This document shows positions 8,392-16,099 of a stretch of 25,427 nucleotides of DNA, piece after piece. The notes beneath the pieces are model-generated. The model saw only the letters and a list, made by a program, of their open reading frames with translations, did no database searches and was not told the origin of the DNA. Made by a program: the position numbers and the translations under genes. The DNA is from Candidatus Zixiibacteriota bacterium (lineage in GTDB: Bacteria; Zixibacteria; MSB-5A5; WJJR01): positions 1 to 25,427 of the forward strand of contig JAVHPP010000177.1 of the NCBI GenBank assembly GCA_036170655.1, read 5' to 3'. Position 1 is the first letter of the stretch, and each line of letters begins with the position of its first letter.

Positions 8392-10071
8392 TCAGATGGA
8401 CAGTGTCTTGTACTGCTTGCGGATGTCGAACACGACCCGCGTGCCAACGACCGCAGTGAAGAGACTGATCGCCACGCCCCAGAACAGAGTCACAGCGAAC
8501 CCCTTGACCGGTCCGGTCCCAAACATGAACAACGCCAGCGCAGTGATCAGCGTGGTCACATGCGAGTCGATGATCGCCACCAGTGCCCGCGAATACCCCG
8601 CGTCAATTGCGCTGCGGATCGACTTTCCGGTGCGCATCTCTTCCCGGATACGCTCGAAGATCAGAACATTCGAGTCGACCGACATGCCAACCGTGAGGAC
8701 AACCCCGGCGATACCCGGCATCGTGAGCGTCGCATGCAGGATGGCCAGGATCGCCATCAAAAAGAGGATGTTGAGCGTCACCGCAAAGTCGGCGATCAGA
8801 CCCGAAAGCTGGTAGTAGATACCCATGATGAGAATGACCAGGATTCCACCCAGCATCGACGCGGCAAATCCCTTCTGGATCGAGTCATTCCCCAGCGAAG
8901 GACCAATGACGTTGTTCTCGATGATCTTCACCGGAGCCGGAAGGGCGCCAGCACGGAGGACGATGGCCATATCGTTGGCCTCTTCGTACGTACTCCCGCT
9001 TCCCATGGTAATCTGACCTCGATCATTGATGCGGGACTGAATCTCCGGCGCCGATTCCACACGTCCATCCAGAACAATCGCCAGCGGTTTTCCGATATTG
9101 GCGCCGGTTAGACGGGCAAACTGACGCCCCCCTTCGCGGGTCAGTTGGAAGTTGACAATGGGTTTGCGGAACTGATCGAACGACGGCTTGGCATCTGTCA
9201 GGTATTTCCCGGACATTTCAGTCTGACGCTTCAACACATACAGTTGCTCTTCTTCGACGCCGCCATTGAATTGCGCCTTGGTCCCCCACGCGAATTCCAG
9301 ATCCGGGGGAATCAGTTTCTTCACCTCAGGGCGGGCAAGGATATTCCTCACAAGGGGAGACTCATCCCTCCGCACCGACCAGCCACTTCCCCGGCGTGCA
9401 GGGTCGAGAAGCGACGAAAGCGGTTGCTGCGTAGACGCTTGTGGTGGAAGAACCGACTCTCCCGTGTCTCCTGTCTTCTTGGCAGCGGAGTCTTTGGCGA
9501 ATAGATCTTTGAAGACATCCTCTTTCTTGTCCTTCGAAAACTTGGATGTGTCAGTGGCTGCTGACGTCGTATCGCTACCACTCATTGCTTCCAGTGCCTT
9601 GTCGATCCGGTCAACCAGGAGTTGGGCTTGCTCCGGAGGTTCGGTTAGCTTGAATTCGAGCTGCGCTGTCCGTCCGATAAGTTCCTGCGCACGTTCGACA
9701 TCCGTGATTCCGGGCAGTTCGATCACAATGCGGTCAGTGCCCTGCTTCTGGATCACAGGTTCTGTAACTCCAAAGGCATCAACACGATTGCGCAAGATCT
9801 CTTTGGCCCGGTCGATGGCATCCTTCTGTTCATCGGGGTTGAGATTGGAACGGTCAACTTCGAGAACGACGTGCATCCCACCTCTGAGATCCAGTCCCAG
9901 TTTGATCGCCTTTTTCTGGAGATCGATCCACCCCTTGGGATCCATCTGGGCCATCTGGTCCCGCTCGGCTGGGCTCATCTGCCACAGCTTGATCGATGGA
10001 TACAGATACCAGAAAGACCCCAGAATGAAGAAGACGATCAGACCGATTTTCCAAGCGACACCACGTGGCAT
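8392..10071 (-). CDS. secD: Protein translocase subunit SecD
   Basis: KLGLDLRGGMHVVLEVD, RNRVDAFGVTEP, RIVIELPG, LAIVLDGRVESAP, LRAGALPAP, IGPSLG, TLTMPGIAG, GMSVDSNVLIFERIREE, GTGPVKGFAVTL. Confidence 0.98.
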   Translation of the reverse strand: MPRGVAWKIGLIVFFILGSFWYLYPSIKLWQMSPAERDQMAQMDPKGWIDLQKKAIKLGLDLRGGMHVVLEVDRSNLNPDEQKDAIDRAKEILRNRVDAFGVTEPVIQKQGTDRIVIELPGITDVERAQELIGRTAQLEFKLTEPPEQAQLLVDRIDKALEAMSGSDTTSAATDTSKFSKDKKEDVFKDLFAKDSAAKKTGDTGESVLPPQASTQQPLSSLLDPARRGSGWSVRRDESPLVRNILARPEVKKLIPPDLEFAWGTKAQFNGGVEEEQLYVLKRQTEMSGKYLTDAKPSFDQFRKPIVNFQLTREGGRQFARLTGANIGKPLAIVLDGRVESAPEIQSRINDRGQITMGSGSTYEEANDMAIVLRAGALPAPVKIIENNVIGPSLGNDSIQKGFAASMLGGILVILIMGIYYQLSGLIADFAVTLNILFLMAILAILHATLTMPGIAGVVLTVGMSVDSNVLIFERIREEMRTGKSIRSAIDAGYSRALVAIIDSHVTTLITALALFMFGTGPVKGFAVTLFWGVAISLFTAVVGTRVVFDIRKQYKTLSI

Positions 10072-10145
10072 TGTGCAAGTCCCCTTTGCATACGTTGTCG
10101 GTCAGGATGGACTGCTGTCCATGCGGACCGGGAAAACAGACTGCC

Positions 10146-10173
10146 AATATATCAATCGATTCTGATAAGTCAA
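10146..10173 (-). promoter_or_regulatory. Candidate sigma70 promoter for secD-secF
   Basis: Minus strand TTGACT-N16-TATATT with an extended -10 TGn. Confidence 0.55.
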
Positions 10174-10232
10174 CCCTTTAGAGCCACCCTGCAGGCGCTC
10201 CAGAAACCTGCCCGGCGGGGCGGGGGGCGCCC

Positions 10233-10261
10233 TTGACTGCCACCTGATTTGGCGGTAACCT
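10233..10261 (+). promoter_or_regulatory. Candidate sigma70 promoter for tRNA-Met
   Basis: TTGACT (10233-10238)-N17-TAACCT (10256-10261), 8 nt before the tRNA 5' end. Confidence 0.6.
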
Positions 10262-10269
10262 ACGCATGG

Positions 10270-10346
10270 GGCGGTGTAGCTCAGCTGGTTAGAGCAGCGG
10301 AATCATAATCCGCGTGTCCGGGGTTCGAATCCCTGCACCGCTACCA
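10270..10346 (+). tRNA. tRNA-Met (CAT), elongator type
   Basis: Acceptor stem GGCGGTG/CACCGCT, D-arm AGCTCAGCTGGTTAGAGC, anticodon arm GCGGA-AT-CAT-AA-TCCGC, T-loop GGTTCGAATCC, encoded CCA. Positions 1:72 pair (G:U), so it is not an initiator. It lacks the C4/C5 acceptor pattern typical of tRNA-Ile2. Confidence 0.93.
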
Positions 10347-10401
10347 TCCCCGCCCGAGATCGATCCTGCCGTCGATGAAGTGCCTGTGCCAGGTGCCTGC
10401 C

Positions 10402-10493
10402 CCCCGGGGCCTGTCAAAAAAACCTTGTGAATCGAGACGAGTGACCGATTGCACGGGTGCCACGGACACGGTTTTTTTCAACACACCCCGGGG
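10402..10493. mobile_element. MITE-like element (92 bp) with imperfect terminal inverted repeats
   Basis: Left end CCCCGGGGCCTGTCAAAAAAACC (10402-10424). The right end reverse-complements to CCCCGGGGTGTGTTGAAAAAAACC (10470-10493). No coding capacity. A related end occurs at 25373-25391. Confidence 0.55.
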
Positions 10494-10717
10494 TACAGGG
10501 CCCCCAGCCGGTGCGGCTCACCTCCCACGTACCCCCCAAGGGCTGGCCTCTGGCGCCAAGTGCCCCACTGAAAAATGATTGCAACGAAATCATGCGACTT
10601 GTATCTATGCCCTCGTACGGTCGGTGGCGCTCTTGAGAGGCTCGCTACAAGAACAACTCTGCGTTTTTTCAACCGAACTGCAGTGCTGACCATGCCTCGA
10701 TCACAGAGGAGGGACAA

Positions 10718-13468
10718 ATGCATTGTCGTGCTGAAGGAGTGTTAGTTCTGGCGGCGGCAGCAGTATTGGTGGCCGTACCATTCAGAGCGAACGCGTCCGG
10801 TGAGAAGTCGCATGTTGAATCCATCCGACCGATGAGTGAGTCCCAGAACGACACATTGACCGCAATCCAAGGAGCAGTTTCTTCTGACAGCTCTGTTCAG
10901 ACGCAGTACGAGTCCGAGCTGCCGGGGACAGGTCATCGGATCGGGCGTCACGAGATCGAGCAACTTCCGGTACGTGGTGCCGAGGAAGTGACTGCGCTTC
11001 AGGCGGGAGTCGTGTTGGATCGGCGCACGAATGATCTCTATCTTCGCGGCGGCGGATCGTCCGAACTGATCTATTACGTTGATGGAGTCCCGGTGCAGAA
11101 TGCTTTCACGGGGCGTTCATCAGCCAGACTGAGCAATGCGGCAATCGATGAGATTTCTGTCACCACCGGAAGCTTGGGAGTCGATTACGGCTGGGGGATG
11201 TCAGGGGTAACAAATGTCAGAACCATCGACGGCGGTCAGCGTCTGCATGGAGCTGCTGAAACGATCACCGACAACTTCCACGGTGAGCGGTACGATTACA
11301 ATCTCTACGGCCTCTCCTTGAACGGCCCACTGCTCCCCAATTCCGACCAAGTGACGTTTTCATTTGCCGGTGAGCATGGTTGGATGGGCGACCGCCAGCC
11401 CCACTCTACGGCGGCTGGGATTCTGCCACATAACAGTTCCGGAACGTGGACCTGGAATGGGAAACTTCGCTGGAAACCGACCGAGACACTGGTGGCGCGG
11501 CTGGGAGCGTTCGGATCACGCGACAACTGGAAGATCTACCTGCCCGAGTATCACTTCGATATCGCCCACGCGCCGCGGTCAGTGGATCGCAACAGTGGAT
11601 TTTGGGGTGAGATTTCCCACAATCTGAGCCCGCGGACATTCTACACCCTTCGAGGGTATTGGACGAGCAAGGACAGTCGGCTGGGCGACGGGGTTTACTT
11701 CGACGACCTTTGGGGGTATGGCAGGCCAAATGGGAATCCGCGCTATGACGCCACCACGCTCTTCTGGGCTTGGGATGATATGCAGCTTGATCCGGACAGT
11801 CTCGCCATCGATGTACAATACCAATTGCGCACGCCGGTGCAGGATACCGTCATCACCGTGACACTCCCAAACGGGACCACCGTCCAAAAGGGCTTTGTCG
11901 CCGGCGGAGATGAGGGACGTGTCTGGAATGATTATGTTCGCAGGCAAGGATCATATGTCGGCGGGCAGGCCGATTGGGTGAGTCGATTCGGGGAAAATCA
12001 TTACTTCAAGATCGGGGGCGAATTCCAGAGGCATACTCTACGGTACTACCATCACCTGTTTCCCACAGAAATCTACCAAGGAAAACCCACGGGGTTTCGG
12101 GATGTGGATTACTACGGATTTGACGAATTGGGTTCAGAGCAGGTCGATAGTGGTCTGAACGCGGCCAAGCATCCGATCAGTTTGGCGGGGTACGTACAGG
12201 ATAGACTCGTTTTGTCGGATCTGGTCATCAGCGCCGGGATACGGCTGGACTACTTGGACTACGCGACTCGGCGGCTTCGCAATCCGAGTACTCCGCTTGA
12301 CCCGGATGGCAACCTCGATCGCATTGAGACCGACACGACATTGACACCGCACGAGCGTGACAGTCTAACATTAGAGGCGGGCAGACTGACCGAGTCCGAT
12401 CTGGCGAAGTCAAAGACCTTGGTCCGTGTCTCACCACGCTTGGGAGCTTCATTTAAGATGCCTGCGGGTCCCCTTATCCACTTCTCCTTTGGCCGGTATT
12501 TCCAGCGACCGGATTTCGGCACGTTGTATTCAAACTTCGGTTACTTGGAATACAAGATCAAGACCGGCGGGTACTCTGCCATCGTGGGGAATGGCGGCTT
12601 GAAGCCACCCGGCATGACAAGCTTGGAGCTTGGGGTCGAGCAGCGCATCACCGATTTCCTGACCTCTGATATCACGGGATTCTACAAAGATATCTCCGAT
12701 CTCATCGGAATAATCACACAACCAGCCTCGCCAAACAGCTACGCGACCTACGCTAATGTAGGGGACGTCACATCGAAGGGACTGGAATTCCAGATTGAAA
12801 TGAAGCGCACGTGCGGTCTTGCCGGTGAACTGAAGTACACGATCCAGAGCGCCGATGCCGGGTCATTGCCTTTCAATTCGCAATCCAACATCGCATGGAC
12901 AGTCGCTTCACCAGGCCATTCAACCGGTCCGATCGGGTATGATCGACGGCACACGTTCATCGCGATCATTGATGCGCGTCTGGCTGACAAAGGGGGACCA
13001 AAGATCGGGAGCTTCTATCCGCTTGAGCAATTCGGCGTGAATCTTGTATTCAACGCGGCCAGCGGATTCCCCTACACCCCCACAAGGGTTTACCCAAGTG
13101 TATTCTTGGCCTCGCTTTCGGCAACACCAGCCGGACCATACAACTCGTCCCGCGTTCCAGCGACGTACCGTCTGGACCTGAAGGCGGACAAGGCGTTTTC
13201 TGTTGGCGGCACGACACTCGACTTCTATCTGTGGGCCCTCAATGTGTTCAATCGCGCGAATGTCCTGGACGTTTACTCGGGAACGGGAAAGCCTGATGAC
13301 ACCGGCTGGTTGAATACGCCGGAGGGCCAGAGTTATGTGAGCAATACGCAAACTGTGACGGACAGTTCACGAATGACCGGCGAGCAGAAGTACCGGTTCC
13401 GTGAGAATGACCCGACCTTCTATGACACCCCGCGACAGATTCGGCTGGGGATGACCGTGTCGTTTTGA
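10718..13468 (+). CDS. TonB-dependent outer membrane receptor (916 aa)
   Basis: GAGGAGG RBS and signal peptide. Plug motifs IEQLPVRG, LYLRGG..SELIYYVDGVPV, IDEISVTTG...YG..MSGVTNVRT. Barrel motifs AGYVQD, AGIRLDY, VSPRLGASF, GRYFQRP, NVFNRAN. C-terminal PRQIRLGMTVSF. Confidence 0.92.
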   Translation: MHCRAEGVLVLAAAAVLVAVPFRANASGEKSHVESIRPMSESQNDTLTAIQGAVSSDSSVQTQYESELPGTGHRIGRHEIEQLPVRGAEEVTALQAGVVLDRRTNDLYLRGGGSSELIYYVDGVPVQNAFTGRSSARLSNAAIDEISVTTGSLGVDYGWGMSGVTNVRTIDGGQRLHGAAETITDNFHGERYDYNLYGLSLNGPLLPNSDQVTFSFAGEHGWMGDRQPHSTAAGILPHNSSGTWTWNGKLRWKPTETLVARLGAFGSRDNWKIYLPEYHFDIAHAPRSVDRNSGFWGEISHNLSPRTFYTLRGYWTSKDSRLGDGVYFDDLWGYGRPNGNPRYDATTLFWAWDDMQLDPDSLAIDVQYQLRTPVQDTVITVTLPNGTTVQKGFVAGGDEGRVWNDYVRRQGSYVGGQADWVSRFGENHYFKIGGEFQRHTLRYYHHLFPTEIYQGKPTGFRDVDYYGFDELGSEQVDSGLNAAKHPISLAGYVQDRLVLSDLVISAGIRLDYLDYATRRLRNPSTPLDPDGNLDRIETDTTLTPHERDSLTLEAGRLTESDLAKSKTLVRVSPRLGASFKMPAGPLIHFSFGRYFQRPDFGTLYSNFGYLEYKIKTGGYSAIVGNGGLKPPGMTSLELGVEQRITDFLTSDITGFYKDISDLIGIITQPASPNSYATYANVGDVTSKGLEFQIEMKRTCGLAGELKYTIQSADAGSLPFNSQSNIAWTVASPGHSTGPIGYDRRHTFIAIIDARLADKGGPKIGSFYPLEQFGVNLVFNAASGFPYTPTRVYPSVFLASLSATPAGPYNSSRVPATYRLDLKADKAFSVGGTTLDFYLWALNVFNRANVLDVYSGTGKPDDTGWLNTPEGQSYVSNTQTVTDSSRMTGEQKYRFRENDPTFYDTPRQIRLGMTVSF

Positions 13469-13501
13469 AGGAATCGGGTGGGCCGGTATCTCAAGGGAAG
13501 A

Positions 13502-13522
13502 CAAGGGGCTTAAAGCCCCTTG
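13502..13522. repeat. REP-like palindrome / hairpin
   Basis: CAAGGGGCT-TAA-AGCCCCTTG, a perfect 9-bp stem with no U-tract on the + strand. Confidence 0.5.
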
Positions 13523-13548
13523 CCAGATGGCAGTGATATTGTTACGAG

Positions 13549-14406
13549 ATGGATACGCCACTCTTGCGCTTGTTCGACGGCTTCGATCACACGTCGCCAC
13601 AGTTGTGCGACGCTGTTAAAACTCTCCAACGTGTATTGCGCCAGGAGAAATTCCGTCTTCGGCCGGATGGGTTGTTCGGACACGACACCGAAGATGCGGT
13701 CAAGCGATTCCAGCGCGCACATGGCCTGGATGACGATGGCGTGGTCGGCCCGCTGACATGGGCCACCATGTTTGAGGACCAGCCACCACCCTCCGATGAC
13801 GACTTCCCTTCAAGCACTGGCGTAACCAGTGCGTACTCACCGGACAATCCGGAATTGCTGCGACAACTTGCGGAAGCCGGTCAGTACAAAGTGATTGTCG
13901 TAGAGACCTCTCGCACGCATGACATACCAGTATCGGTCATCGCCGGGATCGGGTCACGTGAATCCCAATGGGGGTTGGCGCTGAAACTGTCCGCTGATGC
14001 GACAACCCTCGCGGCAGGCACGGGCGATTTCGCCAAACGGAGTTATCCGACCCGTTACCGCACCGGTCCTCTGCCACCGGATGGCGGCGGGTACGGACGG
14101 GGGCTGATGCAGATCGACTTTGACTATCACGAATTCGCGCGGACGGGAAACTGGGCTGATCCGCAATCAAACATCGACTATGGCTGCCGGGTTCTGGCAG
14201 ATTTTCGGGAGTTCATGCGACGGCGGGCGGGACTCCAGGATGCGGCGCTGGTACGCGCCATGCTGGCATCATACAATGTCGGCCCAGGGAATGTGCTGCG
14301 CGGGCTGCGTGACGGACGCGATGTGAACTTCTTTACCGCCGGTCGGAACTACTCAGACGATGTACTCCACCGTGCGGGTTTCTTCCAGGCGCACGGCTGG
14401 GCATGA
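13549..14406 (+). CDS. Peptidoglycan-binding domain + goose-type lysozyme/SLT-like (GH23-like) catalytic domain
   Basis: N-terminal PG_binding_1 motifs VKTLQRVL...DGLFGHDTEDAVKRFQRAHGLDDDGVVGPLTW. C-terminal VIAGIGSRESQWG (putative catalytic Glu), GRGLMQID, ASYNVGPGNV, NYSDDVLHRA. Confidence 0.85.
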   Translation: MDTPLLRLFDGFDHTSPQLCDAVKTLQRVLRQEKFRLRPDGLFGHDTEDAVKRFQRAHGLDDDGVVGPLTWATMFEDQPPPSDDDFPSSTGVTSAYSPDNPELLRQLAEAGQYKVIVVETSRTHDIPVSVIAGIGSRESQWGLALKLSADATTLAAGTGDFAKRSYPTRYRTGPLPPDGGGYGRGLMQIDFDYHEFARTGNWADPQSNIDYGCRVLADFREFMRRRAGLQDAALVRAMLASYNVGPGNVLRGLRDGRDVNFFTAGRNYSDDVLHRAGFFQAHGWA

Positions 14407-14440
14407 CCGGTGGTGTATCAGGCTTGTGCCAAGACAACTC

Positions 14441-15025
14441 TCAAACGAGAGCTTGGCGCGCCGCGCCGCCCTTGCAGTGCGGGCACAGGCTCATTCCTTC
14501 CAGCACACGTCCTAACTTCCGCCCTTGCTGTGTTAGCTTGTACCTGGTCGCGGGCGGGTACTCGTCAAGTATTGCACGGTTCGCGAGACCGGCAGTCCGG
14601 AGATCTTTGAGCGTCATCGTCAGCGCGCGTGCCGTGATGCCGGTCAAGGATGACTTCAGATCGGAAAAGCGCCGATTGCCTGCCTGAATGGTGATGAGGA
14701 CCGGCATCGACCACTTTCTCAGCCCGGTTTCTTCGATCCCCATCGCATCCAACAGCTTGACCAAGTGCGCGCAGACAGGGGCCAGCACCATCCCTGCAGG
14801 AGCGAGAACGTACTCCGGCCGCAACGGGTGGCCATACCCTGGGTTGCGCATCACCCATCCATGACCGATCAACGCCTGCAGCGTGTGGTGCAGCGAGTCC
14901 GGGCTGACCCCAAGCCGATGGACCAGAACCACAAACCGACTGCCGTTGCTGCGATGCAGCTCCGCGAGAACCGGCACAGACCATCGGTGGTGAAACAGGG
15001 CAGCGGGCTCAAGAAATGATGGCAT
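14441..15025 (-). CDS. Transcriptional regulator with two tandem HxlR-type winged-helix domains (194 aa)
   Basis: Start moved to ATG 15025. Repeat 1: RWSVPVLAELH..GSRF..L...LGVSPDSL..TL..L...GWV...EYVLAPAG. Repeat 2: KWSMPVLITI..GNRRFSDLKSSLTGITARALTMTLKDL...GL..R.....PPATRYKLTQQG. Confidence 0.85.
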   Translation of the reverse strand: MPSFLEPAALFHHRWSVPVLAELHRSNGSRFVVLVHRLGVSPDSLHHTLQALIGHGWVMRNPGYGHPLRPEYVLAPAGMVLAPVCAHLVKLLDAMGIEETGLRKWSMPVLITIQAGNRRFSDLKSSLTGITARALTMTLKDLRTAGLANRAILDEYPPATRYKLTQQGRKLGRVLEGMSLCPHCKGGAARQALV

Positions 15026-15040
15026 AACCCCAAAATGGTA

Positions 15041-15069
15041 TTGACAAGGAATTATAGCAAGTATAAAAT
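15041..15069 (+). promoter_or_regulatory. sigma70 promoter for the VOC gene
   Basis: TTGACA (15041-15046)-N17-TAAAAT (15064-15069). Confidence 0.8.
15051..15059 (-). promoter_or_regulatory. Extended -10 promoter for the HxlR-type gene
   Basis: Minus strand TGCTATAAT (TGn-TATAAT), 25 nt upstream of ATG 15025, nested in the spacer of the opposite promoter. Confidence 0.65.
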
Positions 15070-15082
15070 TCGTATCGATGTC

Positions 15083-15098
15083 ATTGGTGATCACCAAT
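15083..15098. promoter_or_regulatory. Perfect 16-bp palindrome, candidate operator
   Basis: ATTGGTGATCACCAAT, between the VOC -10 box and its AAGGAG RBS. Confidence 0.6.
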
Positions 15099-15114
15099 TT
15101 CAAAGGAGTGTCAT

Positions 15115-15495
15115 ATGGCAACATCACTGAAGTACGATGGCGGCCTGACCTGCGCGCTTGCCGTCAAAGACATGAAGGCCGCCATCCAATGGTACCAGGA
15201 TGTGCTCGGTTTCAAACTGCTGTATCAGATGGACCAGATGGGCTGGTGCGAACTGGCCACGCCGGTCGCCCGAGTCAATGTGGGGTTGGGGCAGGAAGAG
15301 AATCCCCAGGTGAAGGGCGGAACCACCCTGACATTCGGCGTGGCCGACATCGATGATGCGCGCAAGCAGCTCGAGGCCAAGAAGGTGCGTTTCGACGGAC
15401 CGACCCAGACAATCGAAGGTATGGTGAAGCTCGCGACCTTCTACGATCCCGACGGGAACAAATTCATGCTCTATCAGAGTCTGGAGAAGAAATAG
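15115..15495 (+). CDS. VOC / glyoxalase-bleomycin resistance family protein
   Basis: AAGGAG RBS. LAVKDMKAAIQWYQDVLGF, LTFGVADIDDARKQLEAKKVRF, ATFYDPDGNKFML. Confidence 0.92.
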   Translation: MATSLKYDGGLTCALAVKDMKAAIQWYQDVLGFKLLYQMDQMGWCELATPVARVNVGLGQEENPQVKGGTTLTFGVADIDDARKQLEAKKVRFDGPTQTIEGMVKLATFYDPDGNKFMLYQSLEKK

Positions 15496-15529
15496 TACCC
15501 CGAACTGGGGTCTGAATTCCCCGGCGCGC

Positions 15530-15563
15530 AAAACAGCAGCGGCCTCCCGAAGAAGGCCGCTGC
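15530..15563 (-). terminator. Intrinsic terminator of the cus operon (possibly bidirectional)
   Basis: Minus strand GCAGCGGCCTTC-TTCG-GGAGGCCGCTGC (cUUCGg tetraloop) followed by TGTTTT, between convergent genes. Confidence 0.85.
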
Positions 15564-15600
15564 CTGCCCGATACGCCGAAATGTGGCCCAACGGGGCGGA

Positions 15601-15972
15601 TCAACCGCCGCCGCCGTGCTCGTGCTCTTCCATTCCCGGTGATTTGATCAATCCTGCCGCGGCGGAATCGAGCTTGGCCAGGTACCTGGCCGGCTGTTTC
15701 TCAAAGGTCTTGACGCAATTCTTGCAGCAGAACTTGATCTGGCGGCCGTTGTAGTTGTACTCGACCGGGGCGCCCATTTCGCCCAGCTTCTCTCCGGAGA
15801 CGACACACCAGTTGATCGGGTACGCTTGGGCAGCCTGTTGCGCCGGCTGTTCGACGGGCTTCGCCTGGGATGCCGGGGCGGCTTGTTGTTCGGTCTGTTT
15901 CCCGCTGCATCCAAAGAGAAGCAGTCCCAGAATCAGGGCAGCCGTTCCGGCGATGATGATCTGTTTCTTCAC
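15601..15972 (-). CDS. YHS/TRASH-like Cys-rich metal-binding lipoprotein (123 aa)
   Basis: GTG 15972 with AAGGAG RBS. Lipobox LLFGC, Gln/Ala/Pro linker, YPINWCVVSGEKLGEMG...YNGRQIKFCCKNCVKTFEKQP, and C-terminal MEEHEH. Confidence 0.8.
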   Translation of the reverse strand: MKKQIIIAGTAALILGLLLFGCSGKQTEQQAAPASQAKPVEQPAQQAAQAYPINWCVVSGEKLGEMGAPVEYNYNGRQIKFCCKNCVKTFEKQPARYLAKLDSAAAGLIKSPGMEEHEHGGGG

Positions 15973-16099
15973 GATTAGACTCCTTTCGTTCCTTGTACGT
16001 TGTGACTGACACATTCGCCTTCGATCACAGAACTATTGGTCGGCGGCGATGGATTTAGTCCGTTTCTTTTTGTCATTGATCTGATATCATCTTACTTCG

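Noticed and set aside
8191..10165. Long + strand ORFs of 306 and 299 aa
   Set aside because: Antisense shadows of secD/secF in GC-rich DNA, with no recognisable motifs.
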